Virus record (IMG/VR): IMGVR_UViG_3300032313_001465 | Span: 64,001-128,000 of that record | DNA from: a virus | Reading direction: 5' to 3' (one strand) | DNA: 64,000 bases | Shown here: positions 8,085-16,710 of the stretch, one piece after another | Layout: the number at the start of each line of letters is the position of its first letter | Numbering within the stretch: the first letter of the stretch is position 1 | Notes under the pieces: model-generated | The model's database searches: none | Told to the model about the DNA's origin: nothing | What the model saw: the letters and a program-made list of their open reading frames with translations, nothing else | Program-made: the position numbers and the translations under genes

Positions 8085-8473
8085 AGTAAGTAACAGTTCT
8101 TTGACATATAGGAGATAAAAACATGGAAATATTATCATTTGCTTTTGGTATGCTTTCGATGATTGCAGTAGGTTTAATTGCTGTAGTTGTTGTGGGTATA
8201 GTAAAGGTAATAAAAATGCAAAATCAAATAAACAATTTAGATCGTATGACTGAAAGTGGTCATGATCAAATTCACAATCGTGTTACCAACGAATACGAAC
8301 ACCTTAGTAATGTTATTGAGAGTGATCGTAGGGAGTTGAATTCAAGAATCGATGAACTACTCAGTCACGTTGATTCAAGAATCGATAAAACTGAAAACAA
8401 AATGAAAAACGGCAATATTGTCACAAAACAAACCATTAACGGTTAAAAATAGTTAATAGAGCTGTTACTTACT
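8085..8473. repeat. Long-range inverted repeat bracketing ORF 8123-8446
   Basis: AGTAAGTAACAGTTCT (8085-8100) pairs with AGAGCTGTTACTTACT (8458-8473), one G:U. Confidence 0.85.
8123..8446 (+). CDS. Membrane-anchored coiled-coil protein
   Basis: N-terminal hydrophobic helix followed by heptad-like region. Confidence 0.7.
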   Translation: MEILSFAFGMLSMIAVGLIAVVVVGIVKVIKMQNQINNLDRMTESGHDQIHNRVTNEYEHLSNVIESDRRELNSRIDELLSHVDSRIDKTENKMKNGNIVTKQTING

Positions 8474-8482
8474 ATCTTATAT

Positions 8483-8858
8483 GGGGGTGTCAAGGCATCG
8501 ATTGGCAGTCGTAGTTTTTTAGATGCAGGCAGGATAAGATGGAAATCCTTATAAGACTATCAAACAACAACCGCAGTAGAATTATCTACAATGACCTTCG
8601 AAGATGCAATGTCTTTTGTTGGTGCTGACTTAGCAGTAGCTGCCTAGTCGCTCCCGTATCACTCACGGGACTTAAAAAAGAAGTGAAGCTCAGGTGGAAA
8701 AGTGATTGAACCTAAAAATCGAATCACCTATTGTTTGTTGGTTGCCGATGGTAAAGAACCAACCGAATATTTTGTTAGTTAAGAAAAACTGACTAAGCCT
8801 GTGAATGAGTCTAAGAAATTAGCTGAGCAAGACGGAGATTCGAATTCTCCCACCTCCA
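8483..8858 (+). ncRNA. ssrA: tmRNA
   Basis: Acceptor GGGGGTG/CACCTCC-A with the G3:U alanine determinant; T-arm GGAGA-TTCGAAT-TCTCC; internal tag frame 8573-8647 ending LAVAA-stop. Confidence 0.92.
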
Positions 8859-8863
8859 CAAAT

Positions 8864-8891
8864 AAGCCTACTTTTAAGTGGGCTTTCTTTT
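8864..8891 (+). terminator. Intrinsic terminator after tmRNA
   Basis: AAGCCTACTT-TT-AAGTGGGCTT hairpin followed by a T-rich tract. Confidence 0.7.
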
Positions 8892-8931
8892 ACCTTTTAT
8901 TAAATTAACCATATTTATTATAAACGACATA

Positions 8932-9177
8932 ATGAAATTAATTAATTGGTTAAGTAATGCTTTAAAAGATGAAAAGGGTAATCCATCATCAAAAAGAATT
9001 GTAGGTATCATGTGTGCTATTGCTTTGTGCATAACAATGTATCACAATAGTTTTTCACCAACAGAAACCGCTCCTTCTACTGCCTTAGTAGACGCTGTAG
9101 CATTGTTAGCTTTTGGCTGTTTAGGACTATCTTCTGTAGATAAATTTACTAATAGAAAATCAAAAGACGAAAATTAA
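8932..9177 (+). CDS. Putative holin (2 TM)
   Basis: GNPSSKR then two hydrophobic segments, directly upstream of the endolysin; ATG at 8932. Confidence 0.65.
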   Translation: MKLINWLSNALKDEKGNPSSKRIVGIMCAIALCITMYHNSFSPTETAPSTALVDAVALLAFGCLGLSSVDKFTNRKSKDEN

Positions 9178-9178
9178 T

Positions 9179-9778
9179 ATGAACTTAGAAAAATTAAAAG
9201 GACACATTCCAGATAGTGTTATAGCCCAAATTCCAAGTATTCAAACCAAATTTGAAATTAATACCCCGTTACGTTTAGCTCACTTTTTAGCTCAATGTGG
9301 TCACGAATCAGGAGGGTTTAAAGTGTTAAGAGAAAATTTAAACTACGGAGCAAAGGGATTAAGAACTATTTTTGGTAAATATTTCCCAACTGATGCTTTA
9401 GCTTTACAATACGAAAGAAAACCTGAAAAAATAGCAAATAGAGTATATGCAAATCGAATGATGAATGGTGATGAAGCTTCAGGTGATGGGTATAAATTTT
9501 GTGGTAGAGGTTTTATTCAATTAACTGGGAAAGAAAATTATACTAATTTTGGTAAAGCTATTGAAGTAGATCTTACTGCAACTCCTGACTTAGTTGCTAC
9601 TCAATATCCACTATTATCTGCTGCTTGGTTCTTCCACAAAAATGGTTTACACAAACTTGCCGATGGTGGGGCTACTGATGCTGTAGTAACTTCTGTAACT
9701 AAAAGAGTAAATGGTGGAGTAATTGGTTTAGCTGATCGTATTAAACATTTTAATGAATATTATAGCTTACTTAAATAA
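9179..9778 (+). CDS. GH19 (chitinase-like) endolysin
   Basis: AHFLAQCGHESGG, GRGFIQLTGKENY, SAAWFF and TKRVNGG motifs. Confidence 0.92.
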   Translation: MNLEKLKGHIPDSVIAQIPSIQTKFEINTPLRLAHFLAQCGHESGGFKVLRENLNYGAKGLRTIFGKYFPTDALALQYERKPEKIANRVYANRMMNGDEASGDGYKFCGRGFIQLTGKENYTNFGKAIEVDLTATPDLVATQYPLLSAAWFFHKNGLHKLADGGATDAVVTSVTKRVNGGVIGLADRIKHFNEYYSLLK

Positions 9779-10077
9779 TGTTTAGTACTGGAAATGTATG
9801 GCTAACTACTTTTGCTGTAATGTTTGGCATTGCTTTTATAGCAGCTGGTGTGTATTATGTAAATAAACTTTTTATAAACTCTACAAAGGATATTCTTGTT
9901 AGGTTTATATTATTAGTATTTGCAGCATTAGTTGGTGTATTTATAGTAGATAAAGTAATAGCATTTGGAATGCCATTGCTATCTGATCACCAGAACGACC
10001 AACTATTTGACTTAATTAAGACTTTGACTTTAATGATATTCTCTTATTATTTTGGAACACAAAAACAAGAAAAATAA
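9778..10077 (+). CDS. 3-TM membrane protein (lysis-associated?)
   Basis: Three hydrophobic segments, C-terminal YYFGT. Confidence 0.6.
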   Translation: MFSTGNVWLTTFAVMFGIAFIAAGVYYVNKLFINSTKDILVRFILLVFAALVGVFIVDKVIAFGMPLLSDHQNDQLFDLIKTLTLMIFSYYFGTQKQEK

Positions 10078-10098
10078 ATATTTTTTAAATTAATATAA

Positions 10099-10130
10099 AA
10101 GACCCACACTATTTGTGGGTTCTTCTTTCT
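10099..10130 (+). terminator. Intrinsic terminator
   Basis: GACCCACA-CTATT-TGTGGGTT plus T-rich tail. Confidence 0.7.
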
Positions 10131-10146
10131 TATAATATTTATCAAT

Positions 10147-10563
10147 ATGGATGTAAATAAAATTTTTGATTTATTTGGTGACAAATATGATGAAGGCGAT
10201 AAAAAGACCATAAACAACGTTTTAATCGACTTCACTCGGTTACCTGAATATAATGCGCGAATGTTTATAAAATCGTTTTTAAACAGTGAGGTATTAGAAA
10301 AGAAAATGGATAAACTTTTAAAAAATACCAATATCGACGAATTGGATATTGCTGAGATTAGTAATAAATTGGTCTATAATATGGCATGGAAATATATCTC
10401 AGAATTAGATTTAGATCAAGAATATGATATCATGGTAATTAAAAATATAAAGGAAAAAGAATTTGATATTGGATTAAATAATTCAATGAAATATTTTGAA
10501 AGAATGGAGGAATATGAGAAATGTGCTTTCATATGTAAAATAAAGAACCTTCGAGAAGATTAA
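10147..10563 (+). CDS. Hypothetical protein with C-terminal UVR-like motif
   Basis: YFERMEEYEKCAFI. Confidence 0.65.
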   Translation: MDVNKIFDLFGDKYDEGDKKTINNVLIDFTRLPEYNARMFIKSFLNSEVLEKKMDKLLKNTNIDELDIAEISNKLVYNMAWKYISELDLDQEYDIMVIKNIKEKEFDIGLNNSMKYFERMEEYEKCAFICKIKNLRED

Positions 10564-10570
10564 AGAAAAA

Positions 10571-10600
10571 TTTGGAGACCCAAGAAATCTTCATTAACTT
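10571..10600 (+). promoter_or_regulatory. Host sigma-A-type promoter (Bacteroidota -33/-7 geometry)
   Basis: TTTGG at 10571 and TAACTT 24 nt later, the same offset as in the early promoters. Confidence 0.6.
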
Positions 10601-10633
10601 AAGAAAATTATAAACAATTAAACATATTAAATA

Positions 10634-10834
10634 ATGAGAAACAGAAACACAGTTTTAAAAAAAGTAGAAAATATAGAAGGGAAATTAAAACAATTAAAGT
10701 TTTGTGTCCAAAGAGGAGCTGAATTAAATGAATATTTAGACGCTTTGGCATTAGCAGAGGAAGAATTATCAGAATTAAAATCATGTATTGAAAGAGAGCC
10801 AATGTCTCCTGAAGAAATGAATCCATACCTTTAA
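10634..10834 (+). CDS. Small coiled-coil hypothetical protein
   Basis: ORF downstream of promoter. Confidence 0.65.
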   Translation: MRNRNTVLKKVENIEGKLKQLKFCVQRGAELNEYLDALALAEEELSELKSCIEREPMSPEEMNPYL

Positions 10835-10848
10835 AATATAAAATAGTT

Positions 10849-11526
10849 ATGAAATTAGCCCAAGAAAAACCATTAGAAGGTGTTATTTATATAACAACAA
10901 ATTTAATTAATGGGAAAAAATATATTGGGTCGGATTCTAATAATGATAAATATTATTATGGTTCAGGGGTTAATTTAAAACTAGCAATTAAGAAATATGG
11001 AAAATCTAACTTTAAAAAAGATATTTTATGTTATTGCCCCTTAGATAAATTAAGGGAAATGGAAGAATATTACTGTCACTATTATAATGTAGAGAAAAGT
11101 CAACTATTTTATAATTGTACTAATAAAGGGTTAGGTTCAATAAAAGGAATTCCTCATAAAAGAAATAAAAAAGTGTTGCAGTATGATTTACAAGGTAATT
11201 TCCTTCAGGAGTGGGATTCATATACTGATGTATGTAGTAAATTAAATATTAAAACATTAGGATCTGCTTTAAAAGGAGAACAAAAAACTGCAGGTGGGTT
11301 TATTTGGAAATATAAAACAAATGAAGACTTTCCAAAAGTAATATCATCCTTTAAAGATGATAGACTTAAAGATAAACCTATATTACAAATTGATTCAAAT
11401 GGTATTGTGATTAATGAATTTTATTCAATGTGGGAAACTAGAAAAACATTTAAAGAACCTTCTAATATACGAAATGCTTTAATAAAAGGATGTAAAGCTT
11501 ATAATTTTTATTGGAAATTTAAATAA
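10849..11526 (+). CDS. Free-standing GIY-YIG homing endonuclease with NUMOD1-like repeats
   Basis: VIY..NLINGKKYIG, YYGSG, KVLQYDLQG..GGFIWKY. Confidence 0.85.
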   Translation: MKLAQEKPLEGVIYITTNLINGKKYIGSDSNNDKYYYGSGVNLKLAIKKYGKSNFKKDILCYCPLDKLREMEEYYCHYYNVEKSQLFYNCTNKGLGSIKGIPHKRNKKVLQYDLQGNFLQEWDSYTDVCSKLNIKTLGSALKGEQKTAGGFIWKYKTNEDFPKVISSFKDDRLKDKPILQIDSNGIVINEFYSMWETRKTFKEPSNIRNALIKGCKAYNFYWKFK

Positions 11527-11543
11527 ATAAATACAAACAAAAT

Positions 11544-12317
11544 ATGAAACAAATATACACCCCAGAAGAAACACAAAAAATGTGGGATAGATTAATTAAT
11601 TATATTAATAATTATATAACTTCCCCCCGCAAAGAAAAACTAATAGAATTCTATCAGAAATATCAAGAAAGAATACTTTTTATGCCTGCCAGTCATTTAA
11701 AACAATATCATAACTGTCATGTATCAGGATATATAGATCATGTGTTAAGAGTTATTGAATGTGCTTTAGACTTACATAAACTTTGGGAAAAACATGGTGT
11801 AGATACTTCAACATATACTCTTGAAGAATTAGTATTCGCAGCATTAAATCATGACTTGGGAAAGTTAGGTGATGAAGAAAATGAAGCATATATCCCACAA
11901 ACCGATACATGGAGGAAAGATAAATTAGGTGAAGACTATATGTTTAATACTAAATTACCTTTTGCATCTGTTCCTGATAGAGGATTATATCTACTACAAT
12001 CACATGGAATTCAATATTCATTTAATGAAATGATTACTATTCAGATACATGATGGTTTATATGATGAAGCTAATAAAAAATATTTAATGGCTTTTACTCC
12101 CGAACAAAAACCAAGGACATCATTACCTTATATCGTTCATCAAGCTGATTTAATGGCAGCTAGAATAGAATTTGAAGTAGAATATTTGCCTAAATTCAGA
12201 AATGATACTCCTAAAAAAGAGAATAATTTTTCTATTAAAAAGGAAAATGGAAATAAGAGTAAAGCATTAGGTTCTATAAAGAGTGAAGGTTTAAAAAATA
12301 TGTTAAACAATATTTAA
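11544..12317 (+). CDS. HD-domain phosphohydrolase
   Basis: H..GYIDHVLRV, NHDLGK, IHDG, HQAD. Confidence 0.85.
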   Translation: MKQIYTPEETQKMWDRLINYINNYITSPRKEKLIEFYQKYQERILFMPASHLKQYHNCHVSGYIDHVLRVIECALDLHKLWEKHGVDTSTYTLEELVFAALNHDLGKLGDEENEAYIPQTDTWRKDKLGEDYMFNTKLPFASVPDRGLYLLQSHGIQYSFNEMITIQIHDGLYDEANKKYLMAFTPEQKPRTSLPYIVHQADLMAARIEFEVEYLPKFRNDTPKKENNFSIKKENGNKSKALGSIKSEGLKNMLNNI

Positions 12318-12319
12318 TT

Positions 12320-12592
12320 ATGATTTATTTTATTATTCTCTTATTACTAATTATTGGGGTCTTAGTATTTATTCTTCTTAACCTTTTGAAGAAACAAGAA
12401 AAGATGGAAGACGCTGTCATTTCATATCAGGAGTATATTACCAAACTCACAAACGCTATTAATGAGTCAGATAAACTACTAAATAAGGTAGATGAAAGAG
12501 GAACATTTAGAAGTGATGATGAAGTTGGTTTTTTCTTTACATTTATTAAAAAAATTCAATCCGAGTTGAATGTATTTAAAATTGATCTATAA
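12320..12592 (+). CDS. Membrane-anchored hypothetical protein
   Basis: N-terminal TM helix. Confidence 0.7.
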   Translation: MIYFIILLLLIIGVLVFILLNLLKKQEKMEDAVISYQEYITKLTNAINESDKLLNKVDERGTFRSDDEVGFFFTFIKKIQSELNVFKIDL

Positions 12593-12594
12593 TT

Positions 12595-13374
12595 ATGGTT
12601 GAATTAAAAAGAAAGAAAAAAAGTAAAAATTACTTTACGCAAGAAACAGAAGACGCAATTGTACTATATAATAATACTATAGATACAGATGTTCGCAGTA
12701 AAATATATGGTGATAAAATTCACTATGCTTTTTTTAAGTTAACTGAAAATATAATTCACACCTTTAAATTTTACTATACTGAAGTAGATAATATTGAGGA
12801 TCTTCAGCATGAGATTATAACTTTCCTATTATCTAAAATTCATCTATTCAATCCAGCAAGAGGAGCAAAAGCATACTCATATTTTGGAACTATTGTAAAA
12901 CGATATTTAATTTTAAATAATAAGAAAAATTATAAAAAAAGAATTGAAGTAATTTCAATGAATGGTCATAGTGAAAAAGATAAGGAAAAACTTGAAGAAA
13001 ATATTGCTATAAATTCTTTAAACTCAAATCTAATAGAAAATGAAACGGAAATAGATATTAATGATCCATTATATTCTGATTATACACCAGTAGATAAATT
13101 ATCTAAATTTACTGATTTATGGATAAACTATTGTTCCGATAATTTATTTACTTTATTCCCTAAACCCCAAGATGCTTGTGTGGCAGATGCTATTTTAGAA
13201 TTATTTCGTAGTAGAGAAACTATAGATATTTTTAATAAAAAAGCATTATACATTTATATAAGAGAAATAATAGATGTTAAAGCTCCAAAAATAACTAAAA
13301 TATCAAATATACTACGTGATAATTTTAAAGAAAAATATACATTCTATTTAGAATATGGTTATTTTAAGTTTTAA
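12595..13374 (+). CDS. Phage sigma factor for late transcription (T4 gp55-like)
   Basis: KNYF..; EDLQHE..IHLFNPARGAKAYSYFGTIVKRYLI resembles sigma region 2. Confidence 0.7.
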   Translation: MVELKRKKKSKNYFTQETEDAIVLYNNTIDTDVRSKIYGDKIHYAFFKLTENIIHTFKFYYTEVDNIEDLQHEIITFLLSKIHLFNPARGAKAYSYFGTIVKRYLILNNKKNYKKRIEVISMNGHSEKDKEKLEENIAINSLNSNLIENETEIDINDPLYSDYTPVDKLSKFTDLWINYCSDNLFTLFPKPQDACVADAILELFRSRETIDIFNKKALYIYIREIIDVKAPKITKISNILRDNFKEKYTFYLEYGYFKF

Positions 13375-13395
13375 ATTGTGTAATATTTATTATAA

Positions 13396-13761
13396 ATGAA
13401 ACCTAAAAGTCTAGACGCAATAATATTTGGGAAAAAGAAATTCGGAGATATTTTGGAGGAGATTTATACTAACCAAAAGAAGAAAGAAAATCAAATCTCA
13501 AATTTAATAAATGAATTGAAACCCCTAATCTCGGAAATAGGAGATGCTACTTTAGTGGTTCCCTTAATCAGAGACTATTTAGAAATGGGTATTAAAAATG
13601 ATGAGCAGCTTATAAAAATGGCTACTATTATTCAAAGATCTTTACAATCCTCAGGAACATCATCTGATGAATCATTTGGTATATCAGAAGAAGAAAAACA
13701 ACAACTTTTATCTGATATAAATAAACTTCACGATAAAAATAAAGATAATGGCGAAAAGTAG
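13396..13761 (+). CDS. Hypothetical helical protein
   Basis: ORF after late-promoter motif. Confidence 0.7.
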   Translation: MKPKSLDAIIFGKKKFGDILEEIYTNQKKKENQISNLINELKPLISEIGDATLVVPLIRDYLEMGIKNDEQLIKMATIIQRSLQSSGTSSDESFGISEEEKQQLLSDINKLHDKNKDNGEK

Positions 13762-14995
13762 GTATGGGTTTAGTGCATTAAATAATAATTTAAATTCATC
13801 TACTTCTAATTTAGGAAATAACTTACCTAATGTTAGTGCTAATAATACTGCGGTAAGAGTAAAAAGCATAGTTTTAGATGAAAATCATCCAAGATTTGAT
13901 GAGTTAGGAGGATGGAATGGGTTAGGAACTATAGAATTTCAAAGTGTTGAAAATCCTTTAGAATTAGCTATATATCCTACTGCTCGACCTATTTACCCTA
14001 ATGTAAAAAACTATCCATTAGAAAATGAGATTGTATTTTTAATGTCAATGCCTAATACTGGAATAGGTTCATCAACAACAAGTACTCAAAATTATTATAT
14101 AAGTGTAATATCTCTTTGGAATCATCCACATCATAATGGATATCCTTCAAACCCTAATACACCACCCCCTTCACAACAAAAAGACTATCAACAAACAGGA
14201 GATGGAAGTGTTAGAAGAGTAACAGATCAATCAACTGAAATAAATTTAGGAAAAACATTTAAAGAAAGATCAAATATTCACCCCCTATTACCATTTGAAG
14301 GAGATGTAATTCATGAAGGAAGATGGGGTAATAGTATTAGAATAGGTTCAACTGTTAAAAATACATCCAATACTTGGTCAAATAATGGTACGGATGGTGA
14401 TCCAATATTAATTATTAGAAATGGACAATCAGTAAATGTTAGTCCTGAAGGGTGGATTCCTATTATTGAAGATATTAATAATGATATATCATCACTATAT
14501 ATTACTAGTACTCAAAAATTACCATTAAAATCATCTACTCCTACTGATTATTTTAGTTATAAAATCGACAAACCTGATTCACCTAATCAATATAGTGGTC
14601 CTCAAATAATACTAAATTCAGGTCGTTTAGTATTTAATTCTAAAACAGATCATATATTATTAAGTTCTAAAAAATCAATAAATTTAAATGCTGTTGATTC
14701 TATAAATTTTGATACTGCAGGAAATGTAATAATACAATCTGGAAAATTATTCTTAGGATCAAAAGATGCTACTGAACCTGTATTATTAGGGGATACAACT
14801 ATTAAATTTCTAACAGAATTAGTTAATAGTTTAAATCAATTTATGATTGTATGTTCTAATGCAGTTTCAACAACTCCAGGCACTCCTATAGGTACATTAA
14901 ATGCAGCTGCTACTCAGATGAATGTATTTTTAGAAGATATAATTTCAAACAAAAAGCTTGAAGGTGCCAAGTCTAATAATAACTATACAATATAA
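13748..14995 (+). CDS. Baseplate hub/spike protein (gp5/VgrG-like)
   Basis: YPLENEIV OB-fold-like N-terminus, EGRWGNSIRIGS, C-terminal beta-rich EPVLLGD; baseplate context. Confidence 0.6.
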   Translation: MAKSRYGFSALNNNLNSSTSNLGNNLPNVSANNTAVRVKSIVLDENHPRFDELGGWNGLGTIEFQSVENPLELAIYPTARPIYPNVKNYPLENEIVFLMSMPNTGIGSSTTSTQNYYISVISLWNHPHHNGYPSNPNTPPPSQQKDYQQTGDGSVRRVTDQSTEINLGKTFKERSNIHPLLPFEGDVIHEGRWGNSIRIGSTVKNTSNTWSNNGTDGDPILIIRNGQSVNVSPEGWIPIIEDINNDISSLYITSTQKLPLKSSTPTDYFSYKIDKPDSPNQYSGPQIILNSGRLVFNSKTDHILLSSKKSINLNAVDSINFDTAGNVIIQSGKLFLGSKDATEPVLLGDTTIKFLTELVNSLNQFMIVCSNAVSTTPGTPIGTLNAAATQMNVFLEDIISNKKLEGAKSNNNYTI

Positions 14996-15930
14996 TGACA
15001 ACATCTAGAAAAACATCTCAAGAAATAGATGCTGAAATTAAAAAGAAAGCAGAAAAAGTTAGAATATCATTAGAAGGATTAAAAACATCTAGTGCTAAAG
15101 ATATTTTAAATGCCGTTCCTACTTCTTTAAAACTAACAGGTACCGCAAAAGTTCCAAAATTAATTTTAAGTTTAGGAATTCAAATATCAACATTATTACT
15201 TCCGCAAGCTTTAAGTTTATTACAAAAATTAAATGTATGTCCTACTGATGCTAAGTTAAAAGAAATAATAAATATAAGAAATGGAATAGTTAGATCACTT
15301 AATAGTATTTCAAAAACATTAAGTGTTTTGACAAAAATAATAGATGGAATTAATACTACTATTTCAACATTAACTGGAATTATTACTGGATTACAAGTAG
15401 CAAAAACAGTAGCTTCAGCCGCAGCCAAGGCATCCCCAGTAGTACCTGGAGCTATTCCTGCAACTTTAAGTGATTTAGGAGATCTTATTAATAAGTTAAC
15501 ATTTTCTACTACAGGTAAAGCTATTATAGAAAACTATAAATCAATAGTAGCTTCTGCCTCGTTATCTATATCAATGGTTAATAAAAATATTCTTCAGATT
15601 ATAACTGTTTTAAATAATATCGATAGTAAAATTAAAACATGTAATAAATATGTTTCAAACGATTTATCAACGATTTCCCCAGATTTAATCAAAATAGCCG
15701 ACCTACAAAAACAAGCAGAAAAAACGCAGAATAATACAACATACAGTGGCTTTATTATTGAAATAGAAAAAGTACCATATACTCCCACTGTAGATCGTAA
15801 ACGTGCAGTAGGTAAAAATCAAGACAACATTACATTAATTCAAACACCACTATCTTTTACAACCGATGATCAGATTTTAATAGAAGAACTCAAAATCATA
15901 ATTGATAAAGATAGCTTAAAAGCGTATTAA
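14995..15930 (+). CDS. Hypothetical virion-associated helical protein
   Basis: ORF in structural operon. Confidence 0.6.
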   Translation: MTTSRKTSQEIDAEIKKKAEKVRISLEGLKTSSAKDILNAVPTSLKLTGTAKVPKLILSLGIQISTLLLPQALSLLQKLNVCPTDAKLKEIINIRNGIVRSLNSISKTLSVLTKIIDGINTTISTLTGIITGLQVAKTVASAAAKASPVVPGAIPATLSDLGDLINKLTFSTTGKAIIENYKSIVASASLSISMVNKNILQIITVLNNIDSKIKTCNKYVSNDLSTISPDLIKIADLQKQAEKTQNNTTYSGFIIEIEKVPYTPTVDRKRAVGKNQDNITLIQTPLSFTTDDQILIEELKIIIDKDSLKAY

Positions 15931-15957
15931 AAGTTTTTTAATCAAATATTTATAAAC

Positions 15958-16302
15958 ATGGACGTAACAAAATTTAAAAAAATAATCAAAGAAGCAGTAA
16001 GAGAATCAATTCAAGAAGAATTAAAAGATATTCTTTTAGAAGCATTAAAATCACCAAAAGGAAATATGGTTAATGAGCAGATAAGAACAACCCCATTATT
16101 AGGCAGTTCTCAAGGTGAAATGAGTCCAATTGATCGTAGAACAGCAATCCAAAATATCTTAGGAGAAACTCAAAGAGCGTTTACTTCTAATGATGTTAAA
16201 ACTTTTGTTCCCACAAGTGTAGACCCAGTAAATGGAACTCTTCCTTCAGGAGATTTAGGTATGGATCAAATAATGAGTTTAATAGGTAAGAATAATAAAT
16301 AG
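15958..16302 (+). CDS. Hypothetical protein with FKKIIKEAV leader
   Basis: N-terminus resembles the class B leaders at 31864, 32193, 44719 and 47698. Confidence 0.65.
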   Translation: MDVTKFKKIIKEAVRESIQEELKDILLEALKSPKGNMVNEQIRTTPLLGSSQGEMSPIDRRTAIQNILGETQRAFTSNDVKTFVPTSVDPVNGTLPSGDLGMDQIMSLIGKNNK

Positions 16303-16709
16303 TGGCATATAATCCTCGTAGAATATTTCCAATTGATACTAAGCCAAGTACGGCTGTTGGGGTTTCTCTTCCTTTTAATGCTCCAGGAACTTTTTTTTCA
16401 ACCTATACTACTCAAGATGCTATTAGAAATAATTTATTAAATTTTTTCCTTACAAATAGTACAGAGAGATTTTTAAATCCTGATTTTGGAGCTAATCTTA
16501 GATCTTTTATTTTTGAACAAATATCTAATGGAAATATTGAAGGATTAAAAGAAGATATTCAAAGTCAAGTAGCAATATACTTTCCTTCAGTTTCTATAGT
16601 TACTTTGGAAGTACTACAAAATCCGGATAATAATGAAATAATAGTTACTATGCAATATCAAGTAATACACACAGGGATAGTTGATCAAATTCAAATATCA
16701 TTTATATAA
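16302..16709 (+). CDS. gp25: Baseplate wedge protein gp25/GPW-like
   Basis: IRNNLLNFFLT..ERFLNPDFGANLRSFIFEQ. Confidence 0.88.
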   Translation: MAYNPRRIFPIDTKPSTAVGVSLPFNAPGTFFSTYTTQDAIRNNLLNFFLTNSTERFLNPDFGANLRSFIFEQISNGNIEGLKEDIQSQVAIYFPSVSIVTLEVLQNPDNNEIIVTMQYQVIHTGIVDQIQISFI

Positions 16710-16710
16710 A

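Noticed and set aside
7914-8138. 74-aa minus-strand ORF
   Set aside because: It is the antisense of tRNA-Gln and tRNA-fMet.
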